Assembly: GCA_965237675.1 (NCBI GenBank)
Contig: OZ250150.1
Coordinates: 4,576,001 to 4,640,000 of the forward strand
Length of the DNA: 64,000 nt
Direction: 5' to 3'
From: Candidatus Latescibacterota bacterium
GTDB lineage: Bacteria; Latescibacterota; UBA2968; GCA-2709665
Shown: piece after piece, positions 1 through 10,280 of the stretch
Numbering within the stretch: the stretch's first letter is position 1
Layout: each line of letters begins with the position of its first letter
The notes under the pieces: model-generated
Told to the model about the DNA's origin: nothing
The model's database searches: none
The model's input: the letters and a program-made list of their open reading frames with translations, nothing else
Program-made: the position numbers and the translations under genes

Positions 1-96
1 GGCGGATTCCAAAAAACTCGGCATAGACGGCAACTTCGATATTGAAGGTTGAGGAGAACGAGGATTTCCCCAAGGGAGGCAGTGATCCAAACACGG

Positions 97-912
97 ATGT
101 TTTGTAGTGTATCGGTGCTGATCGTGACGGCCACAGTGTCACACGCGACGTCTGCACAGACGTCCAGCCTGAAATCTGAAACCGCGCCTGCGAGGGTCCG
201 CGCGACGTCCTTCGCGCCGGGTGATTTCTATGTTCGTGGCGGAGCCGTTCTGGACTGGCTATCCGGGACGCGCTTCGAGGACAAAAACTGCTCGAGCACC
301 GCTCCGGCGGCCCTGTATGGATGCGGGACGGGCGTGGACGGCGCCACCCTGGGCGCTACGGGCGATTTTTCAAGAACCGCCGGTTTCGAAGCCGGCATCG
401 GCTATGTTGCCGCGAAGCGGGTGCGCGTCGAGGCCGCCATTCAATACCGCCCGAAGTTCTCGTTTAGCGGCAACGCCAACTTCCTGCAAACCACGGGCCC
501 TCAGGACGTGTCGGCCGACCTGTCCTCCCTCTCAGCCCTTTTAATCGCCTATGCGGACCTTCCCGGACGGGAGCCGTTCAGTCCCTTCCTCGGGTGCGGC
601 GGCGGATTGTCGCGCAATTCCATCGACGAAACCGGCATGGAGTTTACCAGAACGACCACCATCGTCCCCGGCGCAAGCAGGGTAGGATTCGCGTTTATGT
701 TGACGGCGGGCGTGGCGGCGCGGATACGTGGAAAGATGACGGCTGATATTGGATGGCGTTACATGAATTCCGGCGCCGTGGAAACCGGTAGGGCCAGGGG
801 CCGAATCGTCTGGCTCGACGGAAGCCGCGACCCGCTGGAACTCGATCTCGCGGAAACAACGGCGAATCTGTCCAGCCACGGACTTCGTGTTTCGTTACGC
901 TATGGACTTTGA
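97..912 (+). CDS. Outer-membrane beta-barrel protein (opacity/OmpA-transmembrane-like)
   Basis: Signal-like N-terminus from ATG 97; FYVRGG, GFEAGIGY, PFLGCGGG and ADIGWRY amphipathic strands; C-terminal LRVSLRYGL. Confidence 0.7.
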   Translation: MFCSVSVLIVTATVSHATSAQTSSLKSETAPARVRATSFAPGDFYVRGGAVLDWLSGTRFEDKNCSSTAPAALYGCGTGVDGATLGATGDFSRTAGFEAGIGYVAAKRVRVEAAIQYRPKFSFSGNANFLQTTGPQDVSADLSSLSALLIAYADLPGREPFSPFLGCGGGLSRNSIDETGMEFTRTTTIVPGASRVGFAFMLTAGVAARIRGKMTADIGWRYMNSGAVETGRARGRIVWLDGSRDPLELDLAETTANLSSHGLRVSLRYGL

Positions 913-956
913 ACCCCGCTGTACGACCGCGCGGGCGCTGGAGAAAGGAAGTAAGC

Positions 957-1616
957 GTGACCACCTATAGCGTCTACTTCGCCGGCGAACTCTTCGACCA
1001 CAAGCACCTCATCGGCAATGCGATCCTCGCCGAAGCGATTGAACGCCATTCGGACGGTCGGTACGCCTGCGTCGTACCCCAACATCTTGAACAGGCCACG
1101 GGACGGGCGGTCGACATCCGCAATCAGGATCTGAAGCAGGTGATGGCCTGCGACATGGGTCTGTTCAACTTCGACGGCACGGACCTGGATTCGGGTACGG
1201 TGGTGGAATTTATGATGGCCAAATTCCTGGACATCCCTTCTGTGATTCTGCGTTCCGACTTCCGGTCGTCCGGCGACCAGGACAAAGACGGCGACGCATG
1301 GAACCTGATGTGTTCCTTCTATCCTCGTGTCCGGAAGGTTCGATTCAACGCCATGGCATGGTACCAGGAAGCGCGCGAGGGCGCCGCCGATCCGGGCGAG
1401 TGCTCAAGCCGACTGTACGCCAGAGTCGCCGCCGCCGTCATTGAACAGTTGGACGCCGTCCGGGCAGAGCCGCCGTTGTTTGAATCCGACACCCAACGAA
1501 TGCACACGCAATACAACTGGGCGACGCGCTTTCCGGGCGGCGGGCTGGAGGGCTTCTGCGGTCCGGATTTCGTGAACGAGGTCGTAGAGGCCAAACGACG
1601 GAAGGGCCTGCTCTAA
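957..1616 (+). CDS. Nucleoside 2-deoxyribosyltransferase-like protein
   Basis: VYFAGELF, D..LFNFDG..LDSGTVVEF and ILRSDFR motifs; GTG start after an AAGGAAG RBS. Confidence 0.8.
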   Translation: MTTYSVYFAGELFDHKHLIGNAILAEAIERHSDGRYACVVPQHLEQATGRAVDIRNQDLKQVMACDMGLFNFDGTDLDSGTVVEFMMAKFLDIPSVILRSDFRSSGDQDKDGDAWNLMCSFYPRVRKVRFNAMAWYQEAREGAADPGECSSRLYARVAAAVIEQLDAVRAEPPLFESDTQRMHTQYNWATRFPGGGLEGFCGPDFVNEVVEAKRRKGLL

Positions 1617-1721
1617 AGCGTTGTTCGTACCCCGGCCATCCCTGAGTGGCCGCACGTTCCACAGAACATACATATTACGTGGAGCACCTTATAGTCTGCA
1701 TCATACGCCACGGTAAACGTT

Positions 1722-1792
1722 ATTGAGCCTGTACCGTGAGCCGCTCCCTGAGCCTGTCGAAGGGTGGCGAAACGTGCGCGCTTCGACAAGCT
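1722..1792. repeat. TGAGCYTGTCGAA hairpin repeat cluster (nested)
   Basis: CCC-TGAGCCTGTCGAA-GGG at 1746 plus an inverted TTCGACAAGCTC copy. Confidence 0.8.
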
Positions 1793-1864
1793 CGCATTCA
1801 CCGTAGCAGGGGCGATAAATGTCAGCTACTTACTGCTCCTGGTAAAAATTCGGGAGGCAGGTTT

Positions 1865-3007
1865 ATGCACGATATCACGGGCGGCCTGTCCCGCCTGCAG
1901 TCAAAACGCACCGGCCGCTCTTCCTCATGGGATTCGACCGGGCGAAACAGTGACGCATGGACCCTGGAACCGGGCGAAACCCGTGTTCTGGCCGACATCG
2001 AAGGACCCGCCTGTATAACGCATCTCTGGTTCACCCAGCGCAATCACTACCGCGAATGCCTGTTAAAAGTCACCTATGACGATGCAGAGGATCCCAGCGT
2101 ACTGTGTCCCCTGGGCGACTTCTTTGGCCTGGGCCACGCCATTGTCAACTCCTACCAGTCGCTCCTGTTTACCGCGTCAACCAACAGCAACAACCAGTTC
2201 GACACCGGCTGCGCGCTCAACGCTTACGTGCCGATGCCTTTCCTCAAGAAGGCCCGCGTCGAACTGGTCAACGAAAGCGACGAGCCCCACCGGCAGTATT
2301 TCTATGTGGATTGGGAAACCTGTCCGGATGGGCTGCCTGCCGATACCGGGTATTTCCACGCTGAGTTTCGGCGGGAAAATCCCTTCGGCGGGTGGGGGCA
2401 CGAAATCAGCGCGAATACGCCCGAAGCCGATATCGTCAATATGGGGCGCGAGGCCTGGGAAAACAACTACGTCATCCTGGACGCCGAGGGGCGCGGCCAC
2501 TATATCGGCTGCAATATCAGCGTCACCAACTTTCAGGGGACCTGGTGGGGCGAGGGCGACGACATGATCTGGGTGGACGGATACCGGTGGCCGCCGGATC
2601 TGCACGGCACCGGAAGCGAGGACTATCTGAACCAGGCCTGGGGCATGCAACCCAACGCATTCCTGCGGAACGGGTCCTCAATCTACGAGCACGATACCAA
2701 CGGGTATCAGACCAGCTACGTCCACCACCTGGAGAATCCGGTGCGCTTCGATCGGGAGATCAAGGTCACGATCGAGCACGGCCACGGGAACCACCTGTGC
2801 AACGAGATGAGCAGCGTGGCCTACTGGTACGGCGACCGTCCCCGAGCGGCGGCCCCGCCACCGGCCGTGGCCCAGCGCCTTCCGGTTCGACGCGACAACC
2901 GGGGACGCTGGCTGCACGATGCGCAGATTCAGACCACCTCGCGTACCGTCCCGCTGAATGAGGAGATGAAGGACAGCAAGGCGCGCTGGCGCCGCGACAA
3001 CCCGTAG
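1865..3007 (+). CDS. DUF2961 / GH172-like glycoside hydrolase
   Basis: GPACITHLWFT, PLGDFFG, PMPF, WWGEGDD, HGTGSEDY, IEHGHGN and SSVAYWY motifs. Confidence 0.88.
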   Translation: MHDITGGLSRLQSKRTGRSSSWDSTGRNSDAWTLEPGETRVLADIEGPACITHLWFTQRNHYRECLLKVTYDDAEDPSVLCPLGDFFGLGHAIVNSYQSLLFTASTNSNNQFDTGCALNAYVPMPFLKKARVELVNESDEPHRQYFYVDWETCPDGLPADTGYFHAEFRRENPFGGWGHEISANTPEADIVNMGREAWENNYVILDAEGRGHYIGCNISVTNFQGTWWGEGDDMIWVDGYRWPPDLHGTGSEDYLNQAWGMQPNAFLRNGSSIYEHDTNGYQTSYVHHLENPVRFDREIKVTIEHGHGNHLCNEMSSVAYWYGDRPRAAAPPPAVAQRLPVRRDNRGRWLHDAQIQTTSRTVPLNEEMKDSKARWRRDNP

Positions 3008-3176
3008 TCGGAACGTAACGGGGGCTCGGACAGGGAAGGAAAAACGGGCCGGCGCACGGATGGGTACGGTCAAGGGCCGCCAGGGCACGAACGGAATCTG
3101 TACGGTGTAAAATGCGACAGGGAATCCCGGGCATACCGCCCGCACCTACAGCCCTTGCGGCGCCCCTATACGGGAG

Positions 3177-4664
3177 ATGGAGATGGCATCGGGCGAGCAG
3201 CCGAATATCGTGCTCATCATGTCAGATCAGCACAACGCAAACGTTATGGGGTGCGCCGGCAACCCGATTGTCCGGACCCCCAACCTGGACGCGCTGGCCG
3301 AGCATGGCACCCGCTTCACGAACGTTTACTGTCCCTACCCGCTCTGCGCTCCGTCCAGGATGGGCTTTATGGCTGCCAGTTACCCCAGCGAAGTCGGCGT
3401 ATTCGACAACGGCGGGATCCTATCGTCCCATACCCCCACGTTCGCCCACGGCCTGGGCGCGTCGGGTTACGAGACCGTACTCTGCGGTCGGATGCACTTT
3501 GTGGGACCGGACCCGTTTCACGGCTTCGAGAAGCGCATCCACGGCGATTGCGGCGGCCGGTCGCTTTCCCCGGAAATCCTCGGATCGGGACCCCACCGCA
3601 CGAACGGGCAGACAAAATACGCCGTTGAAGTCTCCGGATACGGCGGGACCGGCTACCAGCACTTCGACCTGAGCGTCACGGACACCGCCTGCGAATTTAT
3701 CGCGGATTGGGCCCGGAACAGTCGCCCCTGCTGCCTCGTGGTTGGACTGATGCTGCCCCACAACCCCCTCATCTGTTCCAGACACCTGTTCGACCGCTAC
3801 ATGGAAGAGGTCCCCGTCCCTGAACCCGTTTCTTCTGACTATCTGGACGCCCTCCACCCCGCAATGCGGAAATGGCGGGAGCGCCGGGGCGTGGACGAAT
3901 TGACGCCCGAACAGAACCGACGGGGCCTGGCCGCCTATTACGGCCTCGTCACGGAACTCGATCGAAACGTCGGCAGAATCGTGGATGCGGTCCGATCCTC
4001 GCCGGAAGCCGAACGGACCGTCATCGTCTACTGCTCCGACCACGGCGATATGGCCTGCGAACACGGCATGTGGTGGAAGAGCAGTTTCTACGACGGCTCC
4101 GCCCGCGTCCCCCTCATCGTCTCCTGGCCGCGGCGCCTGCCCCAGGGAAGAGAAAACACAGCTGTCGTGAGCCTCATCGACCTGGGACCCACGGTCCTGG
4201 AACTGGCCGGTGTGCCGCCTCTGCCCGATGTACCGGGGAGGAGCTTCGCCGGTTTCCTGAGTGGCGAAGGGACAATTCCCGACTGGCCCCACGAGGTCTT
4301 CTCCGAGTACATCGGCCTCCTTGGAGATCAACCCGCCTGCATGGTCCGCCGCGGCCCGTGGAAGCTGAACTACTATCACGAATTCCAATCCTGCCAGCTT
4401 TTCAATATGGTCGAGGATCCCGGAGAGAGGCACGACCGGGCGGAAGATCCCGACTGCCGGAAAATCGTAGCAGATTGTCAGGCAAGAATTCACGCGCGGT
4501 GGTCGGCAGAGCGCATCTTGCGAAACGCTAAAAGACAAAACCGGGCGCGAGACCTGATCCGGCGATGCGGACACGGCCCTACACCCCGTCCGGTTGCGCC
4601 CTTCGCCGCTTCTGAGGGCGACAATCGGTTCGATTTTTCCCAGTTGCCCGGCAATCGGCCTTAA
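3177..4664 (+). CDS. Formylglycine-type sulfatase (choline-sulfatase-like)
   Basis: PNIVLIMSDQH, CAPSR (CxPxR), GRMHF, SDHGD and ARVPLI motifs. Confidence 0.92.
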   Translation: MEMASGEQPNIVLIMSDQHNANVMGCAGNPIVRTPNLDALAEHGTRFTNVYCPYPLCAPSRMGFMAASYPSEVGVFDNGGILSSHTPTFAHGLGASGYETVLCGRMHFVGPDPFHGFEKRIHGDCGGRSLSPEILGSGPHRTNGQTKYAVEVSGYGGTGYQHFDLSVTDTACEFIADWARNSRPCCLVVGLMLPHNPLICSRHLFDRYMEEVPVPEPVSSDYLDALHPAMRKWRERRGVDELTPEQNRRGLAAYYGLVTELDRNVGRIVDAVRSSPEAERTVIVYCSDHGDMACEHGMWWKSSFYDGSARVPLIVSWPRRLPQGRENTAVVSLIDLGPTVLELAGVPPLPDVPGRSFAGFLSGEGTIPDWPHEVFSEYIGLLGDQPACMVRRGPWKLNYYHEFQSCQLFNMVEDPGERHDRAEDPDCRKIVADCQARIHARWSAERILRNAKRQNRARDLIRRCGHGPTPRPVAPFAASEGDNRFDFSQLPGNRP

Positions 4665-4672
4665 CTGGCGCC

Positions 4673-4982
4673 TAGTGTCCCGTCCCAGAAATATGTCACC
4701 ATTCATCCCTGTCTGCGTGCGTGAGGCAGCACGCACAGGCCGGCGCCGATTCATCCCGTCTGGCTGCGTTGCTTGCGCTGAGCTTGTCGAAGTGCCTTCC
4801 CTCGCAGAAACGTGGTCATTGAGCTTGTCGAAATGCCCGCGTTTCGCTACCCTTCGCCGACCCTTCGACAAGCTCAGGGAGCGGCTCAGGGTGCAGGCGC
4901 CGGTTCCTGAGCCTGTCGAAGGATGCCAGCCGGGCGACTCGGCGGCCGAATTTCGGCGATCTATTTCCGGGACAGCACATTA
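4673..4982. mobile_element. IS630-type MITE carrying hairpin repeats
   Basis: Imperfect TIRs TAGTGTCCCGTCCCAGAAATA / TATTTCCGGGACAGCACATTA with TA at both ends; right ~85 bp nearly identical to 11108-11193. Confidence 0.7.
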
Positions 4983-6646
4983 GTCTTCGCTCTTCAATAT
5001 CCCCTCTGTCGCCTCAGACCACGCGCCGCATCGGATCTCCAGGGTCCGATCGACGGGCGTCAGCAGCGTAATCAGAATCCGGAACGCCTCCGGTGACTGT
5101 TCGCTCCAGCGCATCTGCCACATCCGATGCGCGTATGCGCCCGGCCCCACGGCGATCGCGTCGCCTCCGACGTGGTACGTCGCGTAACCCGATTTCAGGA
5201 ACGCGGTCTGGCCTGCGATCCCCTGGATGGCGCCGCTGTCGAGATCGAGTTCCCGCCGGGCGCAAAATCACAAGCGATCTGCAGGGGTACCCTGTCCAGT
5301 CCATCCGCCACAATCCGCAGGTCGAACCCGCCCTGCACTTCTTTCATCGTCAGATCCATTGCCAGCGGCGGTACGGCGGAGAATCTTCGACGCCAGCGCG
5401 CCTCCTCCCACTGCGTCTGGTCCATCGGTTCGCCCAGCGGATGGAAATACCCGGGGCTGTCGTAGTGCCACCCCCTCCCGGGATGTGTTATGCGAATCCC
5501 GCCCTCCTCCTCCTGCAAGTCCTCCCCCACAAACTGAGCCGTGCCATAGTAAGTTGCACACATCTGCACCGCAGTTAATTCGGCTTTGCCGTATTTCAAG
5601 CTGAAAGCCGACGTAATCCCCGAGGCCGTTGTCGCGCTCATCCTCCCGCGGCGCACCCGCCATATGCCCGAAACCGGATAGACCTTCGAATAGCTGTCTG
5701 GCAGCGGTTCGCGCTTCAGGTTATCCTCACGCCATTCCGGGTGTTCCAGGAACGGGTGAAGCGTCCAGGGCAGCCCGCCGGGCTCCTGATCGATCAGCCA
5801 GTCGGCGACCGCCGCGTAGAATCCGTTTTCCTCCATGCGCGCCATCGCGTAATAGCTGTCCACCAGTCCCACGGGAATCGTCTGCGTCCCCCGATCCTGC
5901 CTTTGAGACACACTCGTCACGACCGTACCGTCGGCATGCAGAAGATGGTAGGAAAGGTCCAGGTTCTTCCGTACCGGATCCAGTAACTCCGGCCGGTCCA
6001 GCACCGTTGCCACAATCCTCAGCGACCGGTTGCAGACCGCGTTGTAGACCCCCGTGCTTCGCTCGGTATACTCTCCGTCCTCATTGATATCGATAGTCTC
6101 CGCCAGGTAGGCCTCGATCGTGCCCATGACATCCAGACCCGGAAACAGCGCCCGCGCCTGCGCAAGCGCCGAGACCAGCACCCACCGGTGGTTGGGCGTA
6201 TGGAAACCGCCGTCGGCCATCCCGGGCGTGGCCGTTCGAATCAACTCGCCGAGCGCCTCAGCGATCTCTCCGGCCCCGGCATCGTCCGCAACCTCCCGCG
6301 CCGCCTCCACCACCGGCGCCATCGATTGCACCAGAAAGGCGGTATCCGGCGCCGAATCGAAGTTGGTGACCACCAGGTCGAATCGTCCGGAATCCCGCCG
6401 GACCCTGCGGCCGAACCCAGCTCCCAGGAGGATACGCTCGAGGATCTCGGTACTCCGATAGTGTGCGGAGCCCTCCAGCAGATAGGCATAGCAGAGGGGA
6501 ACGACGTGCTCCACCCCGGTGCCTCCCGCCACGCCGTCTTCGACAAAGCCGCCATAGTCCAAACGGGAGCGGTCCAGAACCTGCCGCGGCAGTATGGACG
6601 CCACCCGGGCATCGAGCAGGGGCAACAGGGATTCATAGGTCAGCAT
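4980..6646 (-). pseudogene. Conserved hypothetical protein (GGFHTPNHRW motif, possibly heparinase/lyase-like fold), single frameshift near 5252-5254
   Basis: ATG 6646 with AAGGAG RBS; one extra G in GGC-GGG-AA restores ELDLDSGAIQG...GILKSED ending at TAA 4980. Confidence 0.7.
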
Positions 6647-6885
6647 GTAATAATCTCCTTGTCGAGGGGGAATGAATACCGAATCTCCGTCATCAGTCAA
6701 AAAACGCACGGGTGCGTTCGTCTGCCTCTCGTAAATTATCGCGCCTCACAGGAAAAACAAACTTGACTTTTTCGAATTCATTTCAGAATATTTCGAAGAT
6801 CTGTTCAACATAGCACGACTGCCTATTGTTGTTGGGGCCCTCGGTCGATCCTTCCGGGCGCGGGGTGGTCCCGGAGAGGTTTCTT

Positions 6886-7782
6886 ATGCGTCCAGTGTTG
6901 GTCATCTTATCCGCCGTTCTCGGATTCCAGTCGCTCTATCACAGTTCCAACGTTTGGGCCCAAGCCGATCCTTCGGAGCGACCACGCTCCGGATGGTACG
7001 TCGGCGGAACACTGGGACTGAATCGAGCGTCGGACATCGATCAGGAGGGCTGGAACCGTGACACGTTCTGCTATCCCACGGACGCCTGTTTCGATCTGGA
7101 ACCCATTCCCGAAATCTCCGGGTACCGCTGGCGGTACAATAACGAAGCCGCCGCGGGACACGCGTTCCGGGTCTCGATCGGACGCATTTTCGATCGCAAG
7201 CGCGTGGAACTTTCACTCGCGCAGCAAAAGAACGGCCTCGACCAGATTTTTCAGAGCGTCACCAATGACGACGGCGTACGGATGGAGGATCGTCGCGGCG
7301 GAACAATCGAATCCAATGACAGATCTTCGATCGACGATCTCATCGCTCGCACGCTTTCCGTCGACGTCTATTACCATTTTACGCTTGCGCGCCTCGGGAT
7401 ATCGACGTACCTCGGCGGCGGGCTGGGCGCCGCGCACGTGAAATTGGCCGGCGTGCACTACTCCAACGATCACAGGGAGACATCGGCCAACGACCAGGCC
7501 TACGATCCGCCACTGTCGTTCTACAACAGCCGCCAGGATGGCGATTTATCCGACGTGGTTATGGCGGGGCACCTGCACGCCGGGGCCGACTACGGGGTAA
7601 ACGACAGGACATTTCTGGGATTGAAGCTGACCTACTCGATGACGGGCGGCATGGATGTCCGTGGGGGATATTCGATTCATCCGATGCACAGCCGGGATCC
7701 GGACTTCCTCAGCCACAATTCGTTCGCCGGCGCACGGCACTGGATGTTAACACTCAATGCCAAAAGGTTTTTCGGCAAGTGA
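6886..7782 (+). CDS. Outer-membrane beta-barrel protein
   Basis: Signal peptide; GWYVGG, YLGGGLG and LHAGADY strands; aromatic C-terminus; same architecture as 97-912. Confidence 0.7.
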   Translation: MRPVLVILSAVLGFQSLYHSSNVWAQADPSERPRSGWYVGGTLGLNRASDIDQEGWNRDTFCYPTDACFDLEPIPEISGYRWRYNNEAAAGHAFRVSIGRIFDRKRVELSLAQQKNGLDQIFQSVTNDDGVRMEDRRGGTIESNDRSSIDDLIARTLSVDVYYHFTLARLGISTYLGGGLGAAHVKLAGVHYSNDHRETSANDQAYDPPLSFYNSRQDGDLSDVVMAGHLHAGADYGVNDRTFLGLKLTYSMTGGMDVRGGYSIHPMHSRDPDFLSHNSFAGARHWMLTLNAKRFFGK

Positions 7783-7868
7783 ATCTGTCCATCCGGCACG
7801 CCTGAGACGCCCTGGCTACCTGACTGCCTGCTTCAATTCACCCAGGGCTTGTGGAAAAGGGAAAAACC

Positions 7869-9170
7869 ATGGGGAAAAAAGCCGCTGCTCCGGGATTGTT
7901 CGAACTCTACACGCGCGATCCCGACAGGGCCGACTATCTCCTCTTCGGCCGCGAGACCTATTCCGACCGGCGCGGATTCCTGAAAAATGCAGGATTGGCG
8001 ATAATGGGCGCCCTCGTTGGCTCGACCATCCCGTTCCACCGAAATATGCCCGCGCATTTCATTCCTTCCGTACTGGCCGCGGAGAGGGTCATCCATGGCA
8101 AGGACGGACTGGTCCTCCTGAACGATCGTCCGGTGAACGCCGAAACGCCGCCCCACCTGCTGGACGGCGCCATCACACCGACCGAGAGGCACTTTATCCG
8201 AAACAACGGCATCCCTCCGACGAACACGGATGCGACTGGATGGGCGCTGACCATTGACGGCCTGGTCGACCGGCCGATGAGGGTCGGCATTGACGAACTC
8301 AAACGAAGGTTCGAGGTGGTCACCCGTGCCCTGGTGCTGGAGTGCGGCGGGAATGGCCGCGCGTTCTTCGACCCTCCGGCGAAGGGCGACCGGTGGACCT
8401 ACGGCGCCGTGGGCTGCTCGTCGTGGACCGGCGTGCGCCTCGCCGACGTCCTTAAGGCCGCCGGGGTAAAGAAGAGCGTCGTCTACACGGCGCACGAAGG
8501 CGCCGATACCCACCTTTTCGGCGAGCCAGGCAGGCTCCCCCTATCCCGCGGCGTTCCTATCGCGAAGGCCATGGACGAACACAATCTCATCGCCTTTGCC
8601 CAGAACGGAAAACCGATCCACACCATGAACGGCGCGCCACTGCGCCTCATCATTCCGGGGTGGCCCGGAGCATGCTCGCAGAAGTGGTTGACCCGCATCT
8701 GGTTGCGGGATCGGGTCCACGACGGCCCGAAGATGACCGGCACATCCTACCGCGTTCCCGATCGCCCTATCGCCCCGGGAGAGAAGCTTGATGAGAAGGA
8801 CTTCGACATCATACATAGCATGCCGGTCAAGTCTCTGATCACGAATCCGTCCAACGGCCACAAGACGGCCGACCGGACGCTGAACGTCCGCGGGCACGCG
8901 TGGGCCGGCGACAGGCGCGTGGATGCCGTGCATCTGTCGATCGACTTCGGGGCAACGTGGATGGAGGCGAGGCTGGATGAACCGGTGAATACTTACGCGT
9001 GGCAGAACTGGCGCGCCTCGGTTGCGTTTCCACAGGAGGGGTACTACGAGGTCTGGGCGAGGGCCACCGACTCACACGGCGCGAGCCAGCCGCACGCCAT
9101 CGCCTGGAACCCGCGAGGCTATCTCAACAACTCGATGCACCGGGTCGCGGTAACGGTAGAAGGCGGTTAG
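7869..9170 (+). CDS. Tat-exported sulfite oxidase family molybdoenzyme (SorT/SoxC-like)
   Basis: DRRGFLK twin-arginine motif; FIRNNG, LECGGNGR (Mo-ligating Cys), WTGVRL, GAPLRL, SQKWL and GHAWAG. Confidence 0.92.
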   Translation: MGKKAAAPGLFELYTRDPDRADYLLFGRETYSDRRGFLKNAGLAIMGALVGSTIPFHRNMPAHFIPSVLAAERVIHGKDGLVLLNDRPVNAETPPHLLDGAITPTERHFIRNNGIPPTNTDATGWALTIDGLVDRPMRVGIDELKRRFEVVTRALVLECGGNGRAFFDPPAKGDRWTYGAVGCSSWTGVRLADVLKAAGVKKSVVYTAHEGADTHLFGEPGRLPLSRGVPIAKAMDEHNLIAFAQNGKPIHTMNGAPLRLIIPGWPGACSQKWLTRIWLRDRVHDGPKMTGTSYRVPDRPIAPGEKLDEKDFDIIHSMPVKSLITNPSNGHKTADRTLNVRGHAWAGDRRVDAVHLSIDFGATWMEARLDEPVNTYAWQNWRASVAFPQEGYYEVWARATDSHGASQPHAIAWNPRGYLNNSMHRVAVTVEGG

Positions 9171-9391
9171 AGGGAAGAGGGTAGACGGAAGAGATAAGCC
9201 ATTTTGGTAACTTTTCCGTATCAATCGTCGGCTAATGGGCGCTCGTTGTGCGAAATTTCGCAATTGCTTAAAACCTGGGTCTGCTCGTCCTTTCGTTTAG
9301 GAGAGGGGGTCGGGGGAGAGGTTCTCGTGAGCGAGACTGGTGAGGTCTGGTGTCGCGCTGTCACTTATTCCGTCACACCATTTACAGCTTT

Positions 9392-9720
9392 ATGGAACTG
9401 CGTTCCGGGCGGACACAGGCATTACCGCTCTCACCAACTTTATTTTTCTCTTCGTCCTTTTTCTTATTCGCATAAGAAAAAGGACGAAAAAGAATCGCGC
9501 CGCTCGGCGCGGGGCCGGTTTTTCCGTGAACCACCTCAGGGCCGTAAATGGGAATTGGGTGGCCTAAGAGCGCCTCAGGCGTGCCCATACAGCGGCGATG
9601 GACGGATTACCACGGAAAAACCCCCAACGCCACCACCGGACGGACGTGAGGGTGAACCCGAAGGACCGCCGTATGGATTTGCGGTCGTACCGCCGATCGA
9701 TGCATGCTTTGTCCCGCGCC
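9392..9720 (+). other. Structured non-coding element, copy A
   Basis: Colinear conserved blocks with 24610-24944 (-), including a 21/21 identical ATGGAACTGCGTTCCGGGCGG and covarying stems. Confidence 0.7.
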
Positions 9721-9732
9721 ACGTTTGAGTTT

Positions 9733-9757
9733 GTAGGGGCAACCCTTGTGGTTGCCC
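9733..9757 (+). repeat. GTAG-family REP
   Basis: GTAG followed by the palindrome GGGCAACC-CTTGT-GGTTGCCC. Confidence 0.75.
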
Positions 9758-9864
9758 GCATTTCGGCGCTGAAGTTGATTGTCTGGTTTTTTTTAATAGC
9801 TGACGGCTGATGGCTGCTCGTATTAAGGAAGCCATGACGGCTATTAACACGATTCCTCTCCAGA

Positions 9865-10034
9865 GCGCTCCCAAAGCAGAGCGTGTGGTTCCGTCCAGCG
9901 CCGGAGCCGATGTTCCTCCTCGGCTCGCAGGGCAGAAAATCCTGTGCATCCCATGAGGCAATTCGCGCTGTGCATATAGCAGGCCCCGCGCCTAGCGGCG
10001 ACCTTTGGTTCCTTTTGGTCGCTTCAAAAGGAAC
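9865..10034 (-). other. Structured non-coding element, diverged copy C (inverted relative to A)
   Basis: Hairpin GTTCCTTTTG..CAAAAGGAAC, then CGCCGCTAGGCGCGGGGCC (18/19 with copy A), then GCTGGACGGA block. Confidence 0.55.
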
Positions 10035-10280
10035 GCGCCGCAGGCAGGGAATTTGGGGAGATGTGGGTTTTGAAATTGGCTTTCGGTTTTTGCTTCAAGC
10101 TGATAGCTTACGGCTGAAAGCTGATAGCTCTTTCCGAGGGGGCCGGGGGTAGAGGTCGCCGTGAGCGCCAAGCCGGTGGGGTGGTGCGGTGTGGTCCTCT
10201 CCCTTCTCCCGTCTCACGTCTCCCGGCCTTTAGCTGATGGCTGATTGCTTTTGTCACCCGCGCCAACCGGAGAAACTCCC

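Larger units (their letters stand above)
9169..10250. repeat. Composite intergenic repeat pile bounded by inverted heptamer repeats
   Basis: AGAGGGA/AGAGGGT/AGACGGA at 9169 and inverted CCCTTCT/CCCGTCT/CACGTCT at ~10200; GCTGAYR heptamers at ~9799, ~10099 and ~10233; G-tract half-hairpins at ~9300 and ~10136. Confidence 0.6.

Noticed and set aside
4594-4983. Short ORFs containing PEPVEG / ELVE / RQAQ / FDKL peptides (also at ~18300, ~36900, ~50500 and ~60100)
   Set aside because: They are translations of the hairpin repeats, not genes.
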